From NCBI GenBank assembly GCA_040397565.1, contig JBBAVU010000001.1, positions 1-47,834 on the forward strand: DNA of 47,834 nt, written 5' to 3'. How positions within the stretch are numbered: position 1 is the stretch's first letter; each line of letters starts with the position of its first letter. The DNA is from Pirellulales bacterium (GTDB lineage Bacteria > Planctomycetota > Planctomycetia > Pirellulales > UBA1268). The notes beneath the pieces were generated by a model. That model ran no database searches, was not told the DNA's origin, and saw only the letters and a program-made list of their open reading frames with translations. This document shows positions 9,501 through 16,182 of the stretch, one piece after another. Both the position numbers and the translations under genes were made by a program.

Positions 9501-11737
9501 TCGCAGGCACGACGACGCTCAACGGCGATCGCACGATCACGGGCGTCAGCGACGTCACGATCAACCTGCTCGCCCAGACGGGCGGCACGCGGGCACTCAC
9601 GAAGAGCGGCAGTGGCTCGCTCACGCTCACCGGCTCCAACACCTATGGCAACACGACCGTGAACGCGGGCCGGCTGCGTCTCGGCAATGACTTCGCCCTC
9701 GGCACCGGCGGCACGCTGACGCTCACGAGCGGCGGCATTCTCTCAGGCACGGGTGCCGTAGCCCGCTCGATCGCCAACCCGGTCTCGATCTCCGGCCTCA
9801 TGACCTACGGCGACGCAGTGGACAACGGAACGCTGGCATTCACCGGGACCACGACGCTCACCGCCAGTTCGACAGCGACCTTCGTGAGCGACGTCACGAT
9901 GAACCGCTTGGCCGGCGCGTTCGCCTTCACGAAGGCGGGGGCTGGCACGCTCTCGCTCTCCGGCTCCAACGCCCAGGGCAGCACGATCCTCTCCGCGGGC
10001 CGCGTCCGGGCGGGCAACAATGGGGCCTTCGGCACCGGCACCGTGTCGCTCGCCGGCGGCACACTCTCCGGCACCGGCTCCGCCACCCGCACGTTCGCGA
10101 ATGCCGTCACGCTCAACGGCGCCTCGACGCTCGGCGACACGGTCGACAACGGCCTGCTCGCGTTCACTGGCACCTCGACGCTCCTGGCCAACAGCACGCT
10201 CACGCTCCTGAGCGACGTGAACATGGGCCGGATCGCCCAGGCGGCCGGCAGCACGTTCTCACTCACCAAGTCGGGCTCGGCCACGCTCACACTCACCGCT
10301 GCGAGCAGCTACTCCGGCGGTACGACCCTTACCGATGGCCGCCTACGGCTCGATGCCGACGACGCCCTCGGCACCGCGGGCACCGTCACGCTCGCCGGCG
10401 GCCGGCTCTCGAGCGCGAGCACCACGGCCCGTGAACTCGTGAATCCGGTCGCGTTCAACGGCACAGTCGAACTTGGGGATGCCGTTGAGACGGGTGCACT
10501 CTCGTTCTCCAACGGCGTGAACGTGCTGGGCGACAGCACCGTCACGCTCCTGAGCGATGTCTCGATGACTAACGTCAGCGGCGGCTTCACGCTCACGAAG
10601 GCCGGGGCGGCGACGCTCACGCTGACGACCGCGAACGCGCAGGCCGGCACGGCGCTCACCGAAGGCCGGCTGCGGATCGGTGCCGACGGGGCGCTCGGCA
10701 GTTCGGCCGCCTTGAATGGCGGCATCCTGTCGAGCACGGGCACCGCGGCCCGCTCGATTTCGAGCCCCTGGTCGCTCGGCGGCAGCGTCGCGATCGGTGA
10801 TGCCACGGAAAATGGCGCGTTCACCTTTACCGGTGCCGGCACGCTCACGGCCAACTCCGCTCTCAACGCCGTGACCAACGTGACGATCGCGTCGCTCGCG
10901 GAATCCGGCGCCGCACGGTCGCTCGCCAAGAACGGCGCCGGCCTCGTCACGTTCACCGGCACGAGCACGTTCACCGGCCCGCTCGATATCAACGCCGGCA
11001 CGGTCTTCGTGCAGGCAGGCGCATCGCTCGCCGCCGCGGTCGACATCAACTCGGGCGCCACGCTGGCCGGCTCCGGTGCGGTGGGCACGATCACCGTGGG
11101 CGCGGGCGGCACGATCACGCCGGGCAACTCGCCCGGCACGATCACGGGCGACGACGGCATCTTCGAAGCCGGCGGCAACTACAACTGGCAGCTGCTCGAC
11201 GTCAGCGGCACCGCCGGCAACGTGAACGGCTGGGATCTGATCCAGATCGCCTCGGGCGGCACGCTTGATCTGTCAGGCCTGTCGAGCTCGTCGAAATTCA
11301 ACCTCAACCTCTGGACGCTGTCCGCGACCGGGCCCGACGTGAACGGCGCCCCGCTGAACTTCGTCGAGAACACGATGTACGTGTTCCCGATCGTCCGCTT
11401 CGACGGCCTGTCGAGCCTGATCCTCCCGGGCGGCTTTGGCCAGGCCACGGCAGGCAGGGATCTCACGAGCCTGTTCACGATCAACCTCTCCAGTACCAAC
11501 GGCACGGGCGGCTGGACCGGTGCCAACGCACCCGACCCCGGCCAGTTCTTGGTGCGGGTCGGTGCCAGCGGAACGTCACTCGACATCGTCGTCGTGCCGG
11601 AACCGGCTACGTGCGTACTTGCCGCCATAGCCATCGGCGTCATGGCCACCGTCGGGGCCCGCTCGCGGCACCGCCGTGCCGCCGCGATCAGAGGATCGCG
11701 AGCGGGTTGCGGGATTCCTCGAGCGTGCCGCGGGTGA
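551..11737 (+). CDS. Giant secreted repeat protein: autotransporter-associated beta-strand repeats (PATR type) with a C-terminal PEP-CTERM sorting signal
   Basis: The ORF is open 491-11737. The likely start is ATG 551 (or 557/578), just before a signal-peptide-like segment (LVVLVTLACMPLAASRPAVAQ). By eye I count 27 copies of the core motif [LF]TK.G.GTL.L.G.N.Y.G.T....G.L. The C-terminus is VVPEPATCVLAAIAIGVMATVGARSRHRR, i.e. a PEP motif (11597-11605), a hydrophobic helix and a basic cluster. Confidence 0.9.
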   Translation: MIMDRIAPRMGCFRFPCHPSPLVVLVTLACMPLAASRPAVAQTAVTWLVTGSGAYPWTTGSAWSTGTAPNAVGASASVTANITGNQTLSLDAPITLGRLDLGDPDGSNAYTVSSAAPANRLTFDATSGNAILNQTSTSAANIITAGVRLNDTLVVTNSSANALTISGAIIGSGGLTKSGVGTLILGGGNSYTGATTITAGTLQVTRNDALPSSALTMSGGALDLTGVSASAGAFSASAGVSLTGGSLTATSYAFSNAADTATVSSILAGSGGLTKTGAGNLTLNAANTYTGATTVSGGGTLTLGVANAIASTGTLTMTNGSLVLGGTQSLAQFNATDVTLGSGTISASTGFAFTVGSGTNTVGTVLAGSGTFAKNGNGTLLLTGSNSSTGAYTINTGALAIGSAERIANTASVTLAGGTFDLGGFAETITNFNATGAGTVTTGTLTTTGSFGFSNASGTVTVDSILAGTRALTKSGNGTTLLNAANTYTGATTVSGGTLALGGNERIADASSLTLSGGSLDLRGNSETITNFSASSAGAVTGGTLTATGTFGVSNATGTVQIDAALAGVGKNLTKSGAGTLVLAGVNTYTGTTTLSAGTLQLGRSDALDDASSLVISGGTMSLGGFTDTVASFSATAAATVNNGTLTSTGGYAVSNASGTATIDAILAGGVNLTKTGAGTLILGAANTYTGTTSIQAGTLQLGTAGNLASTSAVDLVGGTFNLNSRSQTLDAFSITGSGTVTAGTLSAGSYTVNATAPSAINAAMTGNGALTKSGTGVLTLGGANSFTGGTTINDGGVTVSGASAVLGGGVTLNAGTLTNSVGNGITGAVTVNGGTFTGAQATSMGVLTIAGGAVTNTGTITATAVNVTNGSGTTATFSALLSATTGAFTRTGAGTLVMSGSLAAYSNTLSTGSLGLIQAGNNSSLGIGLLKLEGAQLSSNSTTARSFANNQIQITTDTTLGDTTNTGTLTFASGTGTLIGDRILTVNSDVAFTRLSSTGAFTKAGPGTLTLSGSNGFGGTTINGGGLTLAASSTLAGNVLVNTTGTLTNSSAAANALSGTVTLDGGSFATTVSTTVGRLLVQGAGGSVLNTGTITATNGIDVSATSGTVAFTAPIRGTTAFDRSGSATLVMNTANTGYSGTATLGGTGLVQVGTGTAFGTGALSIGGIQLSSNSTGARTIGNNTVQFTGDSTLGDAVNTGTLTFSGTSTLSGNRTLAVASDVIFSRGLTGTGSDTFTKTGTGTLTVNGTSSFGGGGNVREGTFAVSGANTKLNGAIAVGTAGTLLNSTTNGVTGAVTLNAGGVFNNTVTNTATSLTVNGGTFAGSGNLTLTTLTLAGSGDFVNTGSLTASAINATAASGTTTLGTTLTGAGSFTKSGAGTVAVTGSNTGYTGPVSLGAGTTLVGSGTALGTGALSLGGATLATSGSLSQTLGNARMNFDGNVTFGSGTNNGSLTLSGSGVLTGDRTLDVDVATSLSGPMTGGFGFTKTGGSTLTLNGANTYSGTTSVAAGQLRVMEAAGAGKSGTTIVQGGSLVLGNDTALGSDALDLSSGGFYSSGARTISNAVTLSGSIAAGSTGSGVNGSLTFTGPFTLSGAGNRIINAGNTIAISGEVSGDGTLVKQGGSSLTLSGSNGYSGGTTISNGLLTYSTAEALPATGNVTISGGALAATGPYGSVTAWLGSGRIANNPNGALALTTSSTTETIDFSAAGNSGFANIQNLSLGAATTLTYSGSFTPYEADGTQTYRLGGGPGLLTFATAITDGGTNPTQVVIRGDSSGGRVRFGTDNTFTGDVTLSSSYLDFSNPNQLTNVTGSSGNALVFEGGGLYYSGTDTDLSDKFAPVASSRQALIHTNGQSVAFATAITGSGGLWKTGAGTLTATADYLGATTVNGGTLTLTLASDAASAPIGTFSMSNNGLLQVTTATNRTVNATFSQTSGGTLELSTTGGAELTLSGALTRTSGTSNLPGPIRATGGTVVFNGRSTTPAVTDWTVTGGTLVLSSTTANQNDTTVSVAAGSTVRLGASNQILTAVEGLSGTFDLAGYSDTFETVSGTGVVTNSNSLAPSTLTLTTGGTLTPTFTDSGSVGSLRLVFSGSDASQMFTMANNANSYVGGTEITQGVLAIGSGANVLGGVAGSLTAAGTALTGSTGTVVIQSTDSGSRTYGGEFRVAGPVTLGGGSTGDLTFSGATTLVTTSTIANDGSVTLSGPVGGANGFTKTGAGLLTLSGNNTYSGLTTLASGTLLASGANSGSGGTRLEAGQLLVGASDPLASGTLSFAGGAVSSDGLSARLLSNPLLFSAATTLGDGSRTGGLTFTGVGTGTDTQTLTVASDVTLAGALSGGLGLMKAGAASLTITSAANSFTGGVALTAGEIRVGANAALGTGTLTLTSGSLTSDGVSARTMANAVSLAGSVTLGDTVDTGLLTFDGATTMTANSTITVVSDVAFGGSIGNDGTSRTLTKAGAGTLTLAGVNSYGATTLNAGRIRLANASVLGTTGTVTLNAGTLSSDSSTARTITNPVTLGGDVTLGSAAENGALSLTGTSTLTGNRTVAFASDATMNVIAGSFLFTKTGTGTLTITGAGTQAGTTIEAGTVRIGSVASLGNSGTVTLGQGVTLTSTGTTGYTVARPLVLAGDATLGATADYTGPLTFNGTTSFVADRTLTVSSSVTISGTILGGANSLTKSGNGTLTLSASNAYGNTLVSAGSVRVGSNSALGTTGTITLGEGVTLTGTGTVARTIDRPLVIDGDVTLGAAATDTAALAFTGGSTLTGNRTLTVLSTSTLADVTGAGFGLAKTGTATLTLIGTGGYGNTLLSSGTLRVGDDAALGTSGTLSLAAGTTVSGTGTAARTISNPVSLPNGGVTLGNATDSGTLAFTGTTTLVGTSTATIASPVTMGPVAGPGLTLQKGGTSVLTLDGVNDVAGVTLSAGRLRIGNDGAVGPSTLLTLTSGTLSSDGVAARSVAGNVLVNGNVTLGDSTDTAALTLAGTTTLNGDRTITGVSDVTINLLAQTGGTRALTKSGSGSLTLTGSNTYGNTTVNAGRLRLGNDFALGTGGTLTLTSGGILSGTGAVARSIANPVSISGLMTYGDAVDNGTLAFTGTTTLTASSTATFVSDVTMNRLAGAFAFTKAGAGTLSLSGSNAQGSTILSAGRVRAGNNGAFGTGTVSLAGGTLSGTGSATRTFANAVTLNGASTLGDTVDNGLLAFTGTSTLLANSTLTLLSDVNMGRIAQAAGSTFSLTKSGSATLTLTAASSYSGGTTLTDGRLRLDADDALGTAGTVTLAGGRLSSASTTARELVNPVAFNGTVELGDAVETGALSFSNGVNVLGDSTVTLLSDVSMTNVSGGFTLTKAGAATLTLTTANAQAGTALTEGRLRIGADGALGSSAALNGGILSSTGTAARSISSPWSLGGSVAIGDATENGAFTFTGAGTLTANSALNAVTNVTIASLAESGAARSLAKNGAGLVTFTGTSTFTGPLDINAGTVFVQAGASLAAAVDINSGATLAGSGAVGTITVGAGGTITPGNSPGTITGDDGIFEAGGNYNWQLLDVSGTAGNVNGWDLIQIASGGTLDLSGLSSSSKFNLNLWTLSATGPDVNGAPLNFVENTMYVFPIVRFDGLSSLILPGGFGQATAGRDLTSLFTINLSSTNGTGGWTGANAPDPGQFLVRVGASGTSLDIVVVPEPATCVLAAIAIGVMATVGARSRHRRAAAIRGSRAGCGIPRACRG

Positions 11738-14222
11738 CGCCGACGCGGTTGGAGGCCTTCAGCTCCCGCCAGACGTCGCCGCCGCCGCGGCTGCCTGCGA
11801 GGAGCCCGCGGTAGGCGGCGAGGATGCGGCGGATCTCGTCGGGCGCCTCGTCGAGCAACTCCACGCGGAAGTGGCGCACGCCGGCCGTTCGCAGGGCGGG
11901 CACCGCCTCGGCACCGCTCTGTGGCACGGCGTTGTAGAGCGTGTTGCGGCAGCCGACGTCGGCCGTGAGCGGATGCTCGACGCCGATGCGGTCCCGGAGC
12001 TTCACGACGTGGTCGTCGCACGGTCGGCCGCAGTTGGTCTTGTTCGTTCCCGGCGAGAGCACGGCGCAGAAGACGCAGTGCTCCATGTGGAACATCGGCA
12101 TCCGCTGGTGCACGACGACTTCGATCGCCTCACCGACGGCGAGGCCTTCTCGCCACGCCGCATCGAGGAAGGCGAGCAACTGCTCGCGGTTGCAGTCGTA
12201 GGAGGCGGTGAGCCGCTCGAGCCCTCGCGCGACGAAGAACGCCGCCGTCCGCTCGTTGGCGACGTTCAGCGAGAAGTCGCCGACGATCCGGATGCCATGC
12301 TCATGAAAAAACTCGAGTCCCGCAAAGTTCCGCACGAGCACGCCGTCCGGGGCCTGCTTTGCAAGCAATTGAAAAATACCCATCTCGTCGGGCTTGTGGA
12401 TCCGGGGCGTCGCGACGAAGAGCGATGCAGCCGCATCGCGGGCGGCGGCGATCGCCTCCCGGTACTCTCGGATGTCGGCGAACTCGGCGTAGAGCCGCCG
12501 CTCGCCGAGGGCGAGGACGATCTCGAGTTGTTGGAGCGACCGCACGAGCACGTGGAGCGTGGGCTCTCCCGCCAGCGATGATGCCGCCGGTGGCCCTGGT
12601 TTCGCGCAAGCCTGGCCGCGGGCCGCCACCGGTCTCGGCTCCCGCGTCGTCGCCGCCTCCTCGAGCCGCCGCACGAGCTCGTGCCGCAGGCTGCCGAGCA
12701 CGCTCAGCGGCACCATCGGCCGGCCTTCGATCGTGGCCGCGAGGTTCCCGAGCTCGAACGGCGTGCCGCCGAGCCGGCCAAGCTGTTCGCGAAGCACGGT
12801 CTCGTCGAGCACGTGCCGACGGGCCTCGGCCGCGACATGCTCCGTGACGATTTCGACGGCGACGCCTCCGGCGAGGGTTGCCTGCAGGCGGATGGGTTCG
12901 CCCACGGCGGCACGGATCGCGAGATCGACGGGCGTCCGCCGCTTCGGCACGGCCGACTCGAACGAGCTGCGAAGCCGCGAGGTCACCTGAGGATCGAACG
13001 TCTTCCACACCGTCTGGCCCGGCCGCACCTTTCCGAGCTCGACCGCTCCCGGCGCGAACGACACCTCGACACGGCCGCCCGTGGCGGGCTCCTCGAGCCA
13101 GCGACCGTCGCGGCGTATCCCGTAGACGCTCCCGCCGATCATCGGCCGTTCGTTTTCACTTCCGAGGTCGGCATGGCCGCAGTCGATCGCGATGCCATCG
13201 CCCCGCTTGAGCGGAGCCGCGAGCTCGATCGCGACGTGGTCTTCCCCGACGCCGACGACGGATCCGAGCCGCACCCCCCGCTTCGCGCTCGAAATCGCCG
13301 GCACGAGCGCCTTGTGGTCGATGCCGCCGAGCCAGCCGTGCGAGAAGCCCCGCGAGAACGTGAGTTCCATCTCCTCGACGGCCTGGGCCGAGAGCCTCAC
13401 CGGCAGCGACTGCAGGCACTGGTCGATCGCCGTCCGATAGTGCCGCGTCACGGCCGCCACGTACTCGGGCGTCTTGAGGCGTCCCTCGATCTTCAGCGAC
13501 GAGACCCCGGCCGCCACGAGCCCCGGCACGAGCTCCCACGCCGCGAGGTCCTGCGGCGAGAGGAGATACCGTTGGTCGCCGAGATCGACGTCGCGGCCAT
13601 CGCAGACGACCTCGTAGGGGAGCCGGCAGGCCTGGGCGCACTGGCCGCGGTTGGCACTCCTGCCGCCGAGCGATTCGCTCGTGAGGCACTGCCCGGAGTA
13701 GGCCACGCAGAGCGCCCCGTGGACGAACACCTCGAGCTCGAGCGACGTCTTCGGCCGGATCGCCGCAATCTCGGCCACCGACAGTTCCCTCGCCACCACG
13801 ACCCGCTCGATCCCGAGCGACTCGGCGAGGCGGATCGTCTCCGCACTCGTGAGCGTCATCTGCGTCGAGGCGTGCAGGGGGAGCGTCGGGCAGATCTCGC
13901 GGACGAGCGTGGCAGCCCCGACGTCCTGGAGGAGCACGGCGTCGACGCCGGCCCCGGCGACGGCCGCCACGACGCCAGCGAAGGCGTCGAGCTCGCCGGA
14001 GAAGACGAGCGTGTTGAGCGTGGCGTAGCCCTTGAGGCCCCGCCGATGGAGCAATCGCATGAGCTCCGGTAGCGACTCGACGGGAAAGTTCGTCGCCCGG
14101 GCCCGCGCGTTGAAGCCAACGTCGAGCCCGAAGTAGACCGCGTCGGCACCGTTCTCGATGGCGGCCCTGACGCAGTCGAAGTCGCCGGCAGGGGCGAGCA
14201 GTTCGGGCCGTCTGTCAGCCAT
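11688..14222 (-). CDS. U32 family protein (collagenase-like peptidase / Fe-S hydroxylase family), two U32-like modules in one 844 aa chain
   Basis: The N-terminus [26 protein letters not shown] and [35 protein letters not shown] are classic U32 signatures, as in YhbU/YdcP. A second U32-like module sits at the C-terminus ([33 protein letters not shown]). The ATG at 14220-14222 overlaps the trxB stop. Confidence 0.9.
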   Translation of the reverse strand: MADRRPELLAPAGDFDCVRAAIENGADAVYFGLDVGFNARARATNFPVESLPELMRLLHRRGLKGYATLNTLVFSGELDAFAGVVAAVAGAGVDAVLLQDVGAATLVREICPTLPLHASTQMTLTSAETIRLAESLGIERVVVARELSVAEIAAIRPKTSLELEVFVHGALCVAYSGQCLTSESLGGRSANRGQCAQACRLPYEVVCDGRDVDLGDQRYLLSPQDLAAWELVPGLVAAGVSSLKIEGRLKTPEYVAAVTRHYRTAIDQCLQSLPVRLSAQAVEEMELTFSRGFSHGWLGGIDHKALVPAISSAKRGVRLGSVVGVGEDHVAIELAAPLKRGDGIAIDCGHADLGSENERPMIGGSVYGIRRDGRWLEEPATGGRVEVSFAPGAVELGKVRPGQTVWKTFDPQVTSRLRSSFESAVPKRRTPVDLAIRAAVGEPIRLQATLAGGVAVEIVTEHVAAEARRHVLDETVLREQLGRLGGTPFELGNLAATIEGRPMVPLSVLGSLRHELVRRLEEAATTREPRPVAARGQACAKPGPPAASSLAGEPTLHVLVRSLQQLEIVLALGERRLYAEFADIREYREAIAAARDAAASLFVATPRIHKPDEMGIFQLLAKQAPDGVLVRNFAGLEFFHEHGIRIVGDFSLNVANERTAAFFVARGLERLTASYDCNREQLLAFLDAAWREGLAVGEAIEVVVHQRMPMFHMEHCVFCAVLSPGTNKTNCGRPCDDHVVKLRDRIGVEHPLTADVGCRNTLYNAVPQSGAEAVPALRTAGVRHFRVELLDEAPDEIRRILAAYRGLLAGSRGGGDVWRELKASNRVGVTRGTLEESRNPLAIL

Positions 14223-15276
14223 GGCCGTGCGCGAGCCATCGTTCCGCGTCGAGCGCGGCCATGCAGCCGGTGCCCGCAGCGGAGATCGCCTGGCGGTAGT
14301 AGTCGTCGGCCACGTCTCCCGCAGCGAAGACCCCTTCGACGCTCGTATTCGTGCGGAAGTGCTTCTTCCAGACGATGTACTTCTTCGGGGTGAGCTCGAG
14401 CTGGCCGTCGAGGAAGGCGGTGTTCGGCGTGTGGCCGATCGCGAGGAACACGCCGGACGCCTCGAGCGTCTCCTCCTTTGCCGGCCCGGCTGTGCTCGCG
14501 AGCTTCACGCCCGTCACCCCCTTCGCGTCGTCGCCGAGCACCTCCTCGAGCGCGGTGTTGAAGTGGATCTTGATCTTCGGGTCGTCGAAGGCACGCTGGG
14601 CCATGATCTTCGAGGCGCGGAACTGGTCGCGGCGATGAACGAGGTGAACGGTGCTCGCGAACTTCGTGAGATAGGTCGCCTCCTCGATCGCCGAGTCGCC
14701 GCCGCCGACGACGACGAGCGGCCGGTTGCGGAACCGCGGCAACGCGCCATCACAAACGGCGCAGGCGCTCACGCCCCGGTTCTTGAAGTGCTCCTCGCTC
14801 GGGAGGCCCAGCCAGTTGGCGCTCGCGCCCGTGGCCACGATCACGCACTTCGCCTTCACCTCGCCCCCCTCGCTCGGAAAGAGCGTGAACGGACGCCTTG
14901 AAAAATCAACTTTCAGGATGTCGTCGGTGATGATCCGCGTGCCGAAGTTGACCGCCTGCTGCCGCATCAGCTCCATGAGCTCGGGCCCCGTCACACCGTG
15001 CCCCTCGTGGGGCGGCATCATCCCGCGACGCTCGGGAGGAAGCGACGAATCGAGGAACCCGCCGAGGTCGCCCGCCGGGAACCCGGCGAAGTTCTCCACC
15101 TCGCTCGTGAGCGCGAGCTGGCCGAGCGGCAGCGTGCCGGCCATGCGGTTCTTCTCGCTGATCGCCCCCTCGAACACGAGCGGCTTCAACTGTGCCCTCG
15201 CCGCGTAGATCGCCGACGACCATCCGGCAGGTCCGCTGCCGATGATGACGAGTGTTTCTTCCGCGGGGCCTGCCAT
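14215..15276 (-). CDS. trxB: Thioredoxin-disulfide reductase
   Basis: FAD motif [18 protein letters not shown], redox-active CAVCDG, NADPH motif [16 protein letters not shown] and C-terminal FAAGDV. ATG at 15274-15276 is preceded by AAGGAG. The longer ORF start at 15327 is less likely. Confidence 0.95.
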   Translation of the reverse strand: MAGPAEETLVIIGSGPAGWSSAIYAARAQLKPLVFEGAISEKNRMAGTLPLGQLALTSEVENFAGFPAGDLGGFLDSSLPPERRGMMPPHEGHGVTGPELMELMRQQAVNFGTRIITDDILKVDFSRRPFTLFPSEGGEVKAKCVIVATGASANWLGLPSEEHFKNRGVSACAVCDGALPRFRNRPLVVVGGGDSAIEEATYLTKFASTVHLVHRRDQFRASKIMAQRAFDDPKIKIHFNTALEEVLGDDAKGVTGVKLASTAGPAKEETLEASGVFLAIGHTPNTAFLDGQLELTPKKYIVWKKHFRTNTSVEGVFAAGDVADDYYRQAISAAGTGCMAALDAERWLAHGHG

Positions 15277-15372
15277 GTGGGTCTCCTTGTGGTTCTCGAA
15301 ATCCAGGGGACGCGGACCCGAGATCATCGCCGAACGGCAGCCCGACTGAAAGCCCGGGCCAGCGAGTCCGCC

Positions 15373-16146
15373 CTAGGTCCGCAGCCGCTTGAAGATCGCC
15401 TCGGGAACGACCCGCACGGCGAGCAGGATCCACCGCCAGAACCAGGGCGTGTAGAGGATGTCGCGGCGGCGGTCGATCGCCCAAACGATGTCGCGCGCGA
15501 CACGGTCGGGATCGGCCACGAGCCACGATCGGCCCACGCCCAAGGCCCGCAGCATCGGCGTGTCCACGTAGCCGGGCTTCACCGTGAGCACGGCGACGCC
15601 TTTCCGGTGCAGCCTCGCCCGTAGCCCCGAGCAGTAGGCCGTGAGGCCTGCCTTCGCCGAGCCGTACGAGAAGTTGCCCGGCCGACCGCGGTCGCCGGCG
15701 ACCGACGAGATCGCGCAGAGGAACCCGCCTGACCGCTGCTCCAAGTGGCCGGCCGCGGCCGAGAGGATGACCGCCGCGGAAGTGAAGTTCGCGTCGATCA
15801 CGCCGCGGGTCTCCTCTGCAGACAGCCAGCGCTCCTTCTCCGCCGGGCTCCAGCCGTGGCAGACGATCACGCCGTCGAGCGGTCCGCCGGCCGAGGCGGC
15901 GGCCTTCGTCACGATCTCGAAGGCGTCGCGAAAATCGGTCGCGTCAAGCGGCAGCGGCACGACCCGCGACGCCCCATGGGCCCGCAGGCCCTCCGCGACC
16001 TGCGCGAGCCGGCCCGCGTCGCGGCCGGTCACGACCAACGACCAGCCGCGGCCCGCGAGAACCCGCGCAATGGCCTCGCCGATGCCGCTCGTCGCGCCGA
16101 CCACGAGCACGCGGCGGGGCTCGGCCGTAATTTGCTCGCGTTCCAT
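15373..16146 (-). CDS. Short-chain dehydrogenase/reductase (SDR) family oxidoreductase
   Basis: VLVVGATSGIGEAIARVL (TGxxxGxG-type Rossmann motif) and YGSAKAG (YxxxK catalytic motif). ATG at 16146; an alternative TTG lies at 16170. Confidence 0.85.
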   Translation of the reverse strand: MEREQITAEPRRVLVVGATSGIGEAIARVLAGRGWSLVVTGRDAGRLAQVAEGLRAHGASRVVPLPLDATDFRDAFEIVTKAAASAGGPLDGVIVCHGWSPAEKERWLSAEETRGVIDANFTSAAVILSAAAGHLEQRSGGFLCAISSVAGDRGRPGNFSYGSAKAGLTAYCSGLRARLHRKGVAVLTVKPGYVDTPMLRALGVGRSWLVADPDRVARDIVWAIDRRRDILYTPWFWRWILLAVRVVPEAIFKRLRT

Positions 16147-16182
16147 CGCGGCATCGTAGCAGCCCTTCAAACCGGAACGCGG

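Noticed and set aside
1100-11000. Recurrent DNA motifs (for example AACACCTACACCGGC...) considered as tandem repeats, a CRISPR-like array or a mobile element
   Set aside because: The periodicity is at the protein-repeat level (~300 bp units, strongly diverged at the DNA level) within one continuous ORF. There are no short conserved repeats with unique spacers.
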